Of a DNA stretch of 64,000 bases, positions 41,700 through 52,402 are shown piece after piece. Source of the DNA: Cyanidioschyzon merolae (lineage: Eukaryota); the NCBI GenBank assembly GCA_000091205.1, contig AP006496.2; one strand, 5' to 3'. The position numbers and the translations under genes are program-made. Each line of letters starts with the position of its first letter. Position 1 is the stretch's first letter. The notes beneath the pieces are model-generated. The model was not told the DNA's origin. It worked only from the letters and a program-made list of their open reading frames with translations, and did no database searches.

Positions 41700-42700
41700 T
41701 GCGACTTTTTCATCGCAACTCGTGTGCGCTGCCACTCGAGCCGCAGTATTGGCGACACAAAACAGTGAACGCTGTCCCTTGACGTCTTCAGCACATGCTC
41801 ATGCCGAAAGTTCTCTGAAATTTTCATGTCAAGTAATTGATTACTTTCGAGAAACACTTACTCCTCACTTCGTGGCTCTCGACAAAACGGCATTCGACAG
41901 CAGCATACTACTTCAAATGGGATCTGCTTCCACAAGATTCTGCGTCTTCCTACTACAAGGAATATGGTCATAGACGGTGCTTGCAGTCATTGCGGCAATC
42001 CCTTGCACTGAAGAGCTCGCCACCGCATCAGTAGAAGAGGATTAGACGAGTCGAAATTTCCCGACTTGATATCGAATCTGTATTGTGCTTCCGTTGTTAT
42101 TTTTACTATGGAAAACATCGCGTCCGAAAAGTAGTCTGTTGAATGTAACAGTGTGCACCTGTGTGAGCAGGGGACAGAGTAGTTGTCGAAGGGATCGCGC
42201 AGAAGCAGCTCGTCCTTGTAGGGTGCGGCACTGGTGGCTGAAACGGAGGAGGTCATAGAGGGATGTCCCCTGTACACGTCAAGGGCGTATACTGACATGA
42301 AGTAAACGTTCATGCGCCACCGGTCGACGCTCGGAAGATGAGATCTGGTGAACATATGTGTACAACTCACCACAGCAATGCATCAGCGCTGCGAAGGGTG
42401 CGTCATAGCTGTATCCATAGAAGATGAAAATGGCAAGAAATGCATAGATTCTTACTTCCGCATGTACGTGAATTGTGCCGGCAATATCGGACAGCGATTA
42501 AACCAGGACCTGAACGCTGGCATCAACCTCCTTTAAGCACTGACAACGGAGCTCGAGGGTAAGGATAGGCCGGCATTTTTGAATCCAGATACAAGAGAGA
42601 GGAAAATGAAGCAGACTCAGAAAAAGCACGAATGGTTTGTGTTGATGGCAAAGGGAAGAAAACAAAACATTAGAATGCACGCCTGAGCTACCTAGGAAGG
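41700..42700 (+). mobile_element. Miniature TnpB/Fanzor-like derivative (family 2, copy d)
   Basis: Mid block SLKFSCQVIDYFRETLTPHFVALDKTAFD (track ORF 41722..41973), about 75 percent identical in nucleotides to copy b. 3-prime VIAVSIEDENGKKCIDSYFRMYVNCAGNIGQRLNQDLNAGINLL (track ORF 42348..42536; the RuvC-III motif DLNAGINLL is preceded by Cys residues). Tail ctgacaacggagctcgagggtaaggataggccggca...tgttgatggcaaagggaagaaaacaaaacattagaatg...cacgcctgagctacctagg. Confidence 0.6.
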
Positions 42701-44280
42701 AATGTTCCCGCTTCGTGTGTCATGGTTGTATTCGTCGCTCATTTGCGTTGCAGTTGGAGTTCAAGACGCCCACGGTGCGCCTTGTTGCTGCCAAAATGAG
42801 TTGAACCGCGAGCCACTGACCTAAACAATAGACCTGGGAATGCAATGGCGAGCGCTGGACTTCTGGGTGTGCCGCTCGACTGGAGCGCTTGGGGCATGCG
42901 CCACGCAAGCGCGCATCATCGACGGGGCGGCACTTTGTTCACTGGGTATTAGAAGTGTTGCAGCTTTCCGCTATAGGTCCGGTGAGGAAGCCACGACGCC
43001 CTTAAACGTTGAAGTGCAGTCCAAGAGGCGGAGATGTGAGCACAGGTGCTAGCGTGTTCAGAAGAAACTGGGCCCCGGCGCTAACCTTCCGGGACGCGGT
43101 AGACGTCCATCGCGACGAGCATCCGATCCGCATGGACTCGACCAAGACAACATATAGCGCAGCGGTCTGAAAAACGCGTTCTGGATCCCCATGCACTGTA
43201 ATGCCGTGTGAGAATCTCGGGCGAACCGATGTCTCTACTTGTGAATCAGAATATATGCGCCCTTAGATTGGTACTGGGGTTGCAATTCGTCGGCAGAAAG
43301 TGACGCTTTCGCCCCAGAGATGCACTGCAACCAATAATGCGACTCTAGTGGAGTCGCTTTTTCTCTGCATGACGACTGCAGCAGCGGCGGAGAATCCAAT
43401 GTTGCAGCAAGCGCCCGCTATTGGCTAGGTACAAGGAGAGTTGACGGATGAATCGAAGCGCGTTCCGCCGACCGCCTTTGAATGATGGATAGCTATCTAG
43501 TGTATGAGCAGTACAGAAGGATATGGGAAGCAGCAGCCTGGAAAAGTACTTTATCGAACAATGGTTCGTTGAACGCTGGTACCCGTCCGGCGATGCGTAG
43601 GATACCGCATGACTGAATCGCCGAAAGAATATATGTTGTTGTCATTCTCCTCCCTTTTCTTTGTGAACTGCGGGTTCGTCCGTCTTGGAGAATCCCACAC
43701 ACAGGTCAAGCATTTCTCCAGACTCAAGTCTCTTTCGGCGAAACAAATACGAGTGCTGTCTATGTTAGGAGTTCGCGTTTCAGTGCGATATCAAAAATGT
43801 TCTAGTCAAGTGGCGACGATTTGACACAGAAACCTGCTTTATTCTTTCTCCATACGTGTCTCCTCAATACCTTTCATGTCAAGGGCATGAAACTTCAAAT
43901 CCTCTGACTAGATTGATAGTACTTGCGAGAGAACACATGCGGTTGAATGAATTTACGAATTGGCAATCTTGTGTGCAGTGTGCGATGAGCTCTACTCGGG
44001 ATGAAAGCCCTTCAGGATAGGGACCCTGAGATGCGCAGCTCATCCACCTGCTGCCCACAGAATGACTGACTTAAAGAGGTGAGGCAGTTTTTCGCAAGAT
44101 AGCGATGGCTGCATATAGTCCTTCCAGGATCTTCCTCCAATCTATAGGAAACATTCCCTTTGTTGGACACAGGCGAGAAACACAGATAAAAGAAAAAGGG
44201 TCTGATCATACACGCATACCGGAACTCATTCGTCTAGATACACCAATGCAAGCACCAGAGAACGCCATCTACTTCTTCTA

Positions 44281-45576
44281 TCATTCGGCTTTGCGCACTT
44301 CGTCGGCCAATGAAGGCTTCGGTTCCGCCGTTTGAACTGACCACGGGACACGGCCCGGTACCTGGTCTTCAACAGAATCGTCCACACCGTCGTTCGCATG
44401 GGCATCGCTTGCGCTTAATATATCTGTACGGCTCTGCACCTGGGATTCGACAAGGTTCGGTAACTCTCCACCGCGGACTGCCTCTCGTCTCTTGGGTGCA
44501 ACGCTCGAAACCGGTCGCTCTGGCAACGATGGACCGATTCGAGGGCGCAAACCCGCCACAGCACCTCCGTCGGGGCGGCTTCTGCCAAACCCCACAGTTA
44601 GCGAATCCTCAGCTCGAGCGCTTGGCGTATCTTCCACCGAGAGCGTCCCGGGTGCATCGGTCGCATGCCATGCAGAGCCGCTGGCTCTATCTGTCTCGAG
44701 CTGCCACGGCGTCTCTATCTCAAGCGAAACTTGATCATTGTCGAATGGAGCTGTTGTGTCATGTTGCCGCAGCCAGTGCTCAATCTCGTCGCGACGAATA
44801 CTCTGTTGGAGGATTTTCATTGCCCTCTCCGTAAGCAGACCCGCACCAGTGCGCCCTGGCCCGGCCATGGGAGCGTCTTCATTCGCGGCAAGTTCCGGCG
44901 ACGACGCTCCGTCCGCAAGTTCGCCAGACTCCGCGGCCGTACTTGAGTAGTTTGGGCTGCTGCCAACGAGCTCCAGGGACTGCTTCGCATCCTGGAGAAT
45001 GAAGCGAATCTCGTTCGCCATAGCAGAGCGTGGGCCAAGAGCAAGCAGGTCCTCCAGGCAGTACGTGCCGGTGCGCTGGGCTCCATAGTAAGCCCCTATC
45101 AAGGTGCCACACGTCACGAGGACGCCTCTCCTCCAGGCGGGGGCTCGATCCGCTCTAGTCACTCTGGAAGCAGCGCTGTGCGGAAGTGTTTGTGATCCCT
45201 CAGGATGCGGTCCGGCATCGGCAGCAGGGCCGCTGCTCGGAGACCCACCGGTTTCGCCGAATCCCGACCTGCCTAGCGAGTCAGGCGCGACAGACCCAGA
45301 GGATCTACTCTGCCAACCCCCGCCGTTTCTGCCAAGTGGACTCTGGCGCCATAGGTTAAACCGCAGGAGGCCAAGAGCGCCCCAGCTTGTGCTCAACGGC
45401 CGCGAAAGGAAAAGCCACGCTATTACGGCCGCTGCTCCTCCTCCGAAAAAGGCGCTTCGTAGCGCTTTCGAGCGACACTTTTCCAAGGTCTCACGCTCCT
45501 CTGGACTGGGAGAATACTTGTTCCTGATTATTCGCGCCTGCAGCTCAGCGTAAACCAGCTGCTCGACGGCGCCCAT
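44281..45576 (-). CDS. Hypothetical low-complexity (Ser/Pro/Ala/Gly-rich) protein with one predicted TM segment
   Basis: Long ORF. The first ATG is at 45576 (the track ORF starts with TTG at 45591). One hydrophobic segment, AFFGGGAAAVIAWLFL. The antisense strand also carries a 174-aa ORF, so the coding strand is uncertain. Confidence 0.3.
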   Translation of the reverse strand: MGAVEQLVYAELQARIIRNKYSPSPEERETLEKCRSKALRSAFFGGGAAAVIAWLFLSRPLSTSWGALGLLRFNLWRQSPLGRNGGGWQSRSSGSVAPDSLGRSGFGETGGSPSSGPAADAGPHPEGSQTLPHSAASRVTRADRAPAWRRGVLVTCGTLIGAYYGAQRTGTYCLEDLLALGPRSAMANEIRFILQDAKQSLELVGSSPNYSSTAAESGELADGASSPELAANEDAPMAGPGRTGAGLLTERAMKILQQSIRRDEIEHWLRQHDTTAPFDNDQVSLEIETPWQLETDRASGSAWHATDAPGTLSVEDTPSARAEDSLTVGFGRSRPDGGAVAGLRPRIGPSLPERPVSSVAPKRREAVRGGELPNLVESQVQSRTDILSASDAHANDGVDDSVEDQVPGRVPWSVQTAEPKPSLADEVRKAE

Positions 45577-46639
45577 ACAAGCTGTCGACAACTCACGATA
45601 GCAGCGACACGATACTCCTCTGCGCCAGCGTCAGGTATAAAAATGGAACGCTGTATTTCCGTTACGTTTATGCATGTCGCGTTTTCCGTGCATTTTTAGA
45701 TACATAGCCTTGGCATTGGAAACGCAGGTATATGTGCTTACAGATTCATACGAAGTTCTAGGATTCTCGGTTGTGTTCTCAGAGTGGCCCCTTCGACACT
45801 GCAGCTGGAATTCGATTCGTCACCCTGGTTCAAGATGATTCACGATAGCATCGAACAAGGGTTCATAAAATAACCGATGTATTATATGATGCTTTTGTGT
45901 AGGCTTCAACTCTTCTCCTTTGCTTATGTGCAGCACGCACAGATAACAACTTCTGCAAGCTTTTTACCTTTTCGTTTGAAGGGAGCACGTTGATGCAGCC
46001 ACTCCTGCCAATAGATTGACGAGGAAACCTATGAATTGACCTAGTCCCTTGACGATATTTTCACGAGATCATCCCGAACGTTCAATGCATTCATCACGCC
46101 AAAAAAATTGATTCCTTTCAAAACACGGATGCTCCGATCTGTATCGTCACCTGTGATTTTTGGAATTCGACATTTGCTTGATTCCAGTCTGGGGATATGA
46201 TCCCAAACGCTCCCTGTCTCTTCTGGTTGAGTGGATAAGAGTGTTGGACTTTGACTTGATTCACAGCAGTGATTGCTTTCCGAGGCGAGTGCGTCACCGT
46301 CTCTCATATCGGTAGCGTCGACGAACCGAAAATTCTCGAGTTGTTCTCAAGCCCTGGTTTTCCATCATGTACTCGTTCAGTAATCGACAATATCGCATTC
46401 CACAAATCCACTATCGACAAGAACAGCGGACGTTTCCGCGTTCAGCATACAGATTGGTCGCCAAGGGGATCCTTTTGAAGAAACCCGTGAGCGCAGGATG
46501 CGACACCGATAGCGGAAACGGTGGAAGGAATCGAGGGTAGTCTGCTAAAGCCTTCGACGCCATATATTTGACGATGAAGCAAGCGTTCGCTCGCCACAGT
46601 GCGAAGCTTGGAGCAGGATCTTTGGTGAATACATATGGG

Positions 46640-47010
46640 AACACCTGTCGACCGTCAACTGTCAACGCTGCGAACAGCTAACCGGGGGATGCATCCAATG
46701 AAGATGCAATTGGAGAGTGAAGCGCATATCGCAATTTCCGCCTGCGCAGGAAATATACCGACAACAGCTGGAAACAACTCCATTGGGAATTTAAGGCTGC
46801 CATGAACATGCTTTCAGTGCAGAAAATGGAGCTGGAGGTGAAGCAGAGGACGGTGTATTTAGAGCCTTGAATAAGGAAGAAGAAAAGGAATCAGTCGCAG
46901 ACAAGGCCCATAGATACTTTCGTTGATGACAATGGGAGGAGGCCCAAACTTTAGAATGTATGCCCGAGTGAGCGTAATGGGGTGCTTCGAATTAATTCTG
47001 AAATAGGCAT
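46640..47010 (+). mobile_element. 3-prime terminal fragment of a TnpB/Fanzor-like element (family 2, copy e)
   Basis: Tail cgttgatgacaatgggaggaggcccaaactttagaatgtatgcccgagtgagcg...ttaattctgaaataggcatc, homologous to the tails of copies a, b and d. Degenerate NAA-like stretches at about 46665 and about 46775. Confidence 0.5.
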
Positions 47011-47175
47011 CTAGGGCCGTCCTTTCCATGAGATCAAATCGATGATGGACCGAACGAGCGACACAAAATGGGATCCACTTCGGTGCCTGTGTTCTCCGAG
47101 AGAGCGTGATCGGTAGCCTCCTGAGGTCCATTTCAACGCTCTCATTTCCATGCAGCATGATCCAGCCGCATCACA

Positions 47176-47310
47176 GGGATCCCCTAAAGCGCGTTGGTGT
47201 TCATGACATTTTATCGATGGACCTACCTGGGATCCCCTGCACTGCGCATTGATGTTCATGACATTTTAGCGATGGACCTCCCTGGGATCCCCTGCAGTGC
47301 GCTTTCGATG
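47176..47310. repeat. Tandem repeat, about 55-bp unit x about 2.4
   Basis: gggatcccctgcactgcgcattgatgttcatgacattttagcgatggacctccct is repeated; it starts about 165 bp after the copy-e terminus. Confidence 0.8.
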
Positions 47311-47593
47311 ATCTGCTGCGGAAGGCTTGCTCTCCGGGCTAGACCCCGGCAGGCTGCGATTTCGGTATCATGTAAGATCTATGAACCTTAACGGTTCCCC
47401 CTGGATGTGTGCGAGATACCAGAGCAATCATCTGAGATCATGGTTCCTTGTGCTATACTGAAGCCTATGCGAAACTCCAGTGGATGATGTCCCCGGAAAA
47501 TAGAAACCAAATCGCTGCGAAGCAGAAAAATCGACATGGCGCGAACGCAGACAAGCGATTCGAACAGACTGCACAAGCCAGACTCGACTCGCT

Positions 47594-50344
47594 ATGTGGC
47601 TTCGTACGGTCCGCGGCAAAGCGAATCGCCGGCAGCATGAACAGCAACTAGCGCCTCAGCAGACGGAATCTGCACTCTTGAATGCACTTACCGTGCGGGA
47701 CGAAGGTGAGCGGGGAGTTTCGAAACAGGGGACAGCCACGGCGGACCCTAGCGACGCGGAGCGTCAACTGCGGCTTGCGCTTGCAGCCTCTCAGCAGGAA
47801 GTATCCGTGCTGCAACGGGTCCTTCGCGATATGGAGATAGACCAGTCTAGAAAAGTGGCTTCTGCTCGGCATACCTGGCGCCCTGGAGAGTCGCGAGCAC
47901 CCGACAGTAGGCGTTCGGGTCGCGAGGAGCTGCGCGCGGTGACGCTGGAACTTCAGGAGCTGCGCGAGCGAAACGCACAACTCGAGAGGGAAATCGAGCG
48001 CGCTCATAGCAAAGACGGGCAGCTCGTACAGCGGACCTCCGATGACGGCTATGTTCGCCAGATGCGGGCGCGCCTGCGGCAGAAGGAGGCTATTATGGAG
48101 GCCGAACGAGAACGTTTCCAGTGCCTTGAGCGCGAGCACCGACAGCTCCAGAAAGAGACCCTGGCATTGCAACAGGACACCGAGCTCCTTTTGAATGAAT
48201 ACGAATCAGCCCAGCAGATCATTCTTTCGTTGCGGAAAGAGCTGAAACACTACGCTCTGCAGGAGCAGCACCAATCGATACCTGAGGCCCGCAAGCGAGA
48301 CGCACCCGCACAACAGCTCAAAGCGGGAGGTCCACATGAAAGAGGCAAAGCTCACGCACTTAAGGATTTCGCGCAACAGGAGGTAGGTTCAGCTAGCGTT
48401 TTAGATCATATGATGCAACCGATGCTGGAGAAGGAGTTCGGAGAAGAGTGCATTCGTTGCGAGCGGTGTGGTGCGCGCATGCGGCTTCCGGTGTGCAATA
48501 TCCGGAGTGCTGGTGCCACCGCGGATGTTCCGACAAGAGATACGACACAGACTGGAGCACACAACAAGTTCTCGCAGGAGGCTCCAAGTGAGCAGAAAGA
48601 GAATCCGCAAGGTCAGTGCCCAGAAGCGGGATCTTCTCTGGGTCCGCAGGATATCCGGAGTTGTTCCGCAACGGATCCGACGCCACCGCCACCGCCACCG
48701 CCACCACCACCGCCAACATCCCTGGGTGCACAGGCTGGACGATTGAGCGGGCAAGAGGTGGAAAGTGCAGGGGGTCCGCCGCCACCGCCACCACCGCCGC
48801 CACCGCCACCACCGCCGCCACCGCCGCCACCGCTGCATGATGCTCCCAAAAGCATACAGAATGAAGAAAAACATTTCGTACGAAAGTCGGGTTCTATGGA
48901 TGCGCTCCAACCGCGAAAACCGCCCATCCATCCCCGGGTGGAAATGCGGAGTTTCTTCTGGAAGCGCATTATTCTACCGGCTAGCAGCTCTAGCAGATCT
49001 TCCAATGATCAAGCAGCGAACAAACCAGATGAGACGATCTGGTCCCAGATTCACGAAGTACCTTTCGATCTCGATGAATTTGAGAGTCTTTTTGCTCGCA
49101 AACCACCCAGCAAAAATAAGCAAGCAGTCATTCCAGGAAATGGGTCAGAGAAGACGATGCCACTCCAGGGCAATCGGGATCAACGTTCCCGAGCATTGGA
49201 CCAGTCTTCGGTGTTGTTGGAGCACTCGGGCTTGTTGAATGCATCGTCCTCTGGTACTGGATCGCGACGGACTGCCGCAGATGAGCCCGCTCTTTTGGAT
49301 CCGAAGCGAGCGCATCTTATAGGCTTGCTCACTGCATCGCTGCCGCCTATAGAGCGCGTCAAAGAGGCCTTGCTGCGTATGGACGAGCAGGCTCTCAGTC
49401 GTGGAGATTGCGATGCGCTAATGAAAATCATTCCAACGGACGAGGAGGCATCCAGGTTGTTGCAGGTCCATCCGGGCCGTGCTCTGAACAAAACCGAGCA
49501 GTATCTGCGGGAGCTCGCGAGACTCAGGTCTGCTCCGATCCGACTACGGGCCCTGATCTACCGGCAGTCATTTGAGGAGCGCGCTGAACAGATTCTAGCA
49601 CCACTGGAGACCATTCAAACGGCATGTCGTTCCATTCGCTCTTCCGATGCGTTGCGGACGATTCTAGCGGTTATGCTTTCGCTGGGAAACTACATGAACG
49701 GCGGCACCAGTCGCGGGCAAGCCGACGGGTTCGAGTTGATATCCGCTCTCGACAAGCTCGGAGACACCAAGGCGCTTGATGGCCAAATGACGCTTCTGAC
49801 TTACGTTGCGTGCATCTGTGGGCGATTTTTTGCCGAAGAACGACCACCAAATGATTCTCGCGGCGAGCAGCGCAGGGCAGGGCAGCGCACAAACACCGAT
49901 GGCGAGTGCAAAGCTCTTTCATCGTTGGAGAAACTCCAGCGTTCGTGCCGCGCTGCCGCGCGGGAGTCGCTCAAAGACGTTCAGACTGAGGTAGCTGGAA
50001 TGCGAACTGAACTGGAGGCTCTTCTTGATTCGATCCATTTGGCGGTCAACGACACTAAACAGTGTCCTCGAGGCAGCTCAGATGCTCACGAAAACAGTCA
50101 ACTCGCACATTGCATGGAAGCGTTCGCGCGGGAAGCCCGAGAGGCGCTCCATGATATTCAGGAAACGGTGCGACTGGCTGTTCAGGAGTACCAACGTACC
50201 CTCCGCTTTCTGGGTTACAGCTCTGCAGAGGCCCAGTCCATCCAACCGGAGGAATTCTTTGGACCGCTCAGTCGTTTTCTGGAGAGGTTTCGAAATTGCC
50301 TCGGTGGGCGCCTCACCAGGAAAGAAGCCGTAACAGGCAGGTAA
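47594..50344 (+). CDS. Formin (FH1 polyproline tract plus FH2 domain), 916 aa, single exon
   Basis: N-terminal coiled coil. FH1 PPPPPPPPPPPTSLGAQ...GGPPPPPPPPPPPPPPPPPPPLHD at about 48660-48840. FH2 blocks RKPPIHPRVEMRSFFWKRI and LLDPKRAHLIGLLTASLPP...IIPTDEEASRL. ATG at 47594. Confidence 0.85.
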   Translation: MWLRTVRGKANRRQHEQQLAPQQTESALLNALTVRDEGERGVSKQGTATADPSDAERQLRLALAASQQEVSVLQRVLRDMEIDQSRKVASARHTWRPGESRAPDSRRSGREELRAVTLELQELRERNAQLEREIERAHSKDGQLVQRTSDDGYVRQMRARLRQKEAIMEAERERFQCLEREHRQLQKETLALQQDTELLLNEYESAQQIILSLRKELKHYALQEQHQSIPEARKRDAPAQQLKAGGPHERGKAHALKDFAQQEVGSASVLDHMMQPMLEKEFGEECIRCERCGARMRLPVCNIRSAGATADVPTRDTTQTGAHNKFSQEAPSEQKENPQGQCPEAGSSLGPQDIRSCSATDPTPPPPPPPPPPPTSLGAQAGRLSGQEVESAGGPPPPPPPPPPPPPPPPPPPLHDAPKSIQNEEKHFVRKSGSMDALQPRKPPIHPRVEMRSFFWKRIILPASSSSRSSNDQAANKPDETIWSQIHEVPFDLDEFESLFARKPPSKNKQAVIPGNGSEKTMPLQGNRDQRSRALDQSSVLLEHSGLLNASSSGTGSRRTAADEPALLDPKRAHLIGLLTASLPPIERVKEALLRMDEQALSRGDCDALMKIIPTDEEASRLLQVHPGRALNKTEQYLRELARLRSAPIRLRALIYRQSFEERAEQILAPLETIQTACRSIRSSDALRTILAVMLSLGNYMNGGTSRGQADGFELISALDKLGDTKALDGQMTLLTYVACICGRFFAEERPPNDSRGEQRRAGQRTNTDGECKALSSLEKLQRSCRAAARESLKDVQTEVAGMRTELEALLDSIHLAVNDTKQCPRGSSDAHENSQLAHCMEAFAREAREALHDIQETVRLAVQEYQRTLRFLGYSSAEAQSIQPEEFFGPLSRFLERFRNCLGGRLTRKEAVTGR
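48655..48840 (+). repeat. CCN-rich imperfect hexanucleotide array (ccaccg/ccgcca) encoding the formin FH1 polyproline tract
   Basis: Runs of ccgccaccgccaccgcc. The antisense ORFs full of G/A repeats (48393..48830, 48613..49005) are artefacts of this array. Confidence 0.85.
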
Positions 50345-50402
50345 GCCATGTGGTTCAGCGCGATCCATCTCCGCAGTAGCAATGCTCGCTGCTGAGCGGC
50401 GT

Positions 50403-50957
50403 TCACTCGTATTGTTTTCGTTTTTCTTTAGACAAGAGCGTAATCCTTTGGATGCACAGCGTTCCATGAGGAATCTCGGTACATGCCTTGAATCCTCCCT
50501 TGCAAACATCGTACAGGGCGAGCGCCGCAGCAGCAGCGCCCGTCAACGCCTCCATTTCCACTCCAGTCTTAGCAGTTGCCGAAACCTGGACGCGTATTCT
50601 AACGCTGAGTGTCTGAGGATCGGGGTCCAGCTCCACGTTGACCATGTCGAGGGGTAGCGCCGGGTGACACAGCGGGACGAGCGTGCTCGTTTGCTTTGCT
50701 CCTTGAATCCCGGCGAGTCGCGCGACAGCAAAAGCGTCCCCCTTGGGAAGCGCGCCTTGGAGCAGAGCAGTGAAGACGCCTTGGTCGCCGATATTCAGGC
50801 TCGCTTCTGCCTGGGCCTTTCTAAAACAGGCTTCCTTAGTACTAATATCCACCATGCGCGCTTCTCCGCGCTCATTCAGGTGAGAGAGCACCGAATAACG
50901 CCTCAGGCTTTGTCGCAAGGAGCCGAACGTCCCTGCGAACGCCCAGTGCCGGAGCAT
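50403..50957 (-). CDS. MoaC, cyclic pyranopterin monophosphate synthase (molybdenum cofactor biosynthesis)
   Basis: LSHLNERGEARMVDISTKEACFRKAQAEA and LVPLCHPALPLDMVNVELD...GVEMEALTGAAAAALALYDVCKG are MoaC hallmark blocks. ATG verified at 50955-50957. It is convergent with the formin: the formin stop at 50344 and the MoaC stop at 50403 are 59 bp apart. Confidence 0.9.
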   Translation of the reverse strand: MLRHWAFAGTFGSLRQSLRRYSVLSHLNERGEARMVDISTKEACFRKAQAEASLNIGDQGVFTALLQGALPKGDAFAVARLAGIQGAKQTSTLVPLCHPALPLDMVNVELDPDPQTLSVRIRVQVSATAKTGVEMEALTGAAAAALALYDVCKGGFKACTEIPHGTLCIQRITLLSKEKRKQYE

Positions 50958-51893
50958 ACTAGTCGAGGTTTTCGATCAGTTTCCGCAGTGCAAGTGCCTG
51001 CCAGCAAAGTCCTCCGCCCCTACCCAATCTGGCTTCTCGGTCAGGCCAAGGGCGACACAGAACCCGATACTCCAGGCAGCTGGCAAGCTTCTCAGCCAGG
51101 TTTCTTCCAGCAGTGTAAGTCCGTAGCGCCGGGTAACGGTCCTTTGGTCGCCGCTGCTCGCGTTACGCTAGGGGAGCACGCACCAACTGGCAAGTATACC
51201 AGCGGTACGCACCGCAGAAAGTGTGCGCCGTTGTTTTTGATCGACCCGCTCTGTGATGGATCGGACTGACCAGACGAAGCTCTCTATGCTACGCGTCAAG
51301 CTCCGTCTCTGTAGCTAACTTCGAATAAAGCGCATCCAAGAAAAACGAATCTGGCGGGGAAACTCACAAGTCGCAGATCGAAAGCATGTATTCTGGACGG
51401 CGCTCGGGGTGCAGTACCATTTGCATAGAGCATCGCATGCTCAACGTGCCGAGCCGTACACCTAGGCTCTGCAGCAGGCTTTATTGCTCGTTCAGCAGCA
51501 CAAGTGCATCCACTTGCTTCGTGCGAGGAGGGAGCATCCCTCACGCATAGAGCGGCGTTTGAGCGCATGATGCGGTGCTAACTTATAGCGCGTCACCGCT
51601 TCACAGGATACCGTATAGGAGCATGACACGGGTGCATCCCTGCTCATGAGACTGACTTTACTGACTCGTGTCCGTGCTGGTCGCTGATTTGCGGCAAGCA
51701 TCCCACTGACAAGGGTTCTTCGAGTTTTTCTCCATCGAATGTCGATGGATATTGATAGCGCCTTTCTGTGGTGTGGTGCGAGACGAGGTGCAAACTCGGC
51801 CTGTCCCCTTTAAACTGGGGGCGTTTTCGTGGACCTATGAATTTGGAACCTCCGGAGACGGGTATCTAGATGAAATAGGCAACTGAAGGATGT

Positions 51894-51918
51894 GACGCGA
51901 CGCGACGCGACGCGACGC
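51894..51918. repeat. (GACGC)5 microsatellite
   Basis: gacgcgacgcgacgcgacgcgacgc is seen directly. Confidence 0.9.
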
Positions 51919-52402
51919 CACAAAGATATGAGCATCCGTCCTCAGCCCTCATGTGCTTTATGCGGCCGCTGGAGATCCGCTTTTGCGATAAGGCATTTCG
52001 GAACCTTTTCATCGTATTCGAGTTGAGCCTGTATTATGCACGTGTTGTTCGTGCCCGCCTGGAGATACACACATGTGTTGGCAGAAACGAGGAGTGCTTG
52101 TACCAAATGCCCTGAACGGAGCGACGCACCGCCTGATCCTCTACAGCTTTGTTCAGGTACAAGCACTCCTGCGTTTACGCCAACACATGCACAGCTGCTC
52201 TGCATGCGTGGCATCAGGGATTTGCGGTGAGTCAGACGCAGACCCCCGGTGTCAAGAGGCGCTCGCAGGGCAAGCTAATCCTTCCGGGGCTGAGCTCTGG
52301 TACCATCGCGCGGTCGTAAACGCGGATGCCTCTGCGTCCAGGGTCTTCTCAGAAGACGATCATTCAACTAGGTCTCTTTCTCAGTGCCTGTCGTCGCCAC
52401 GT

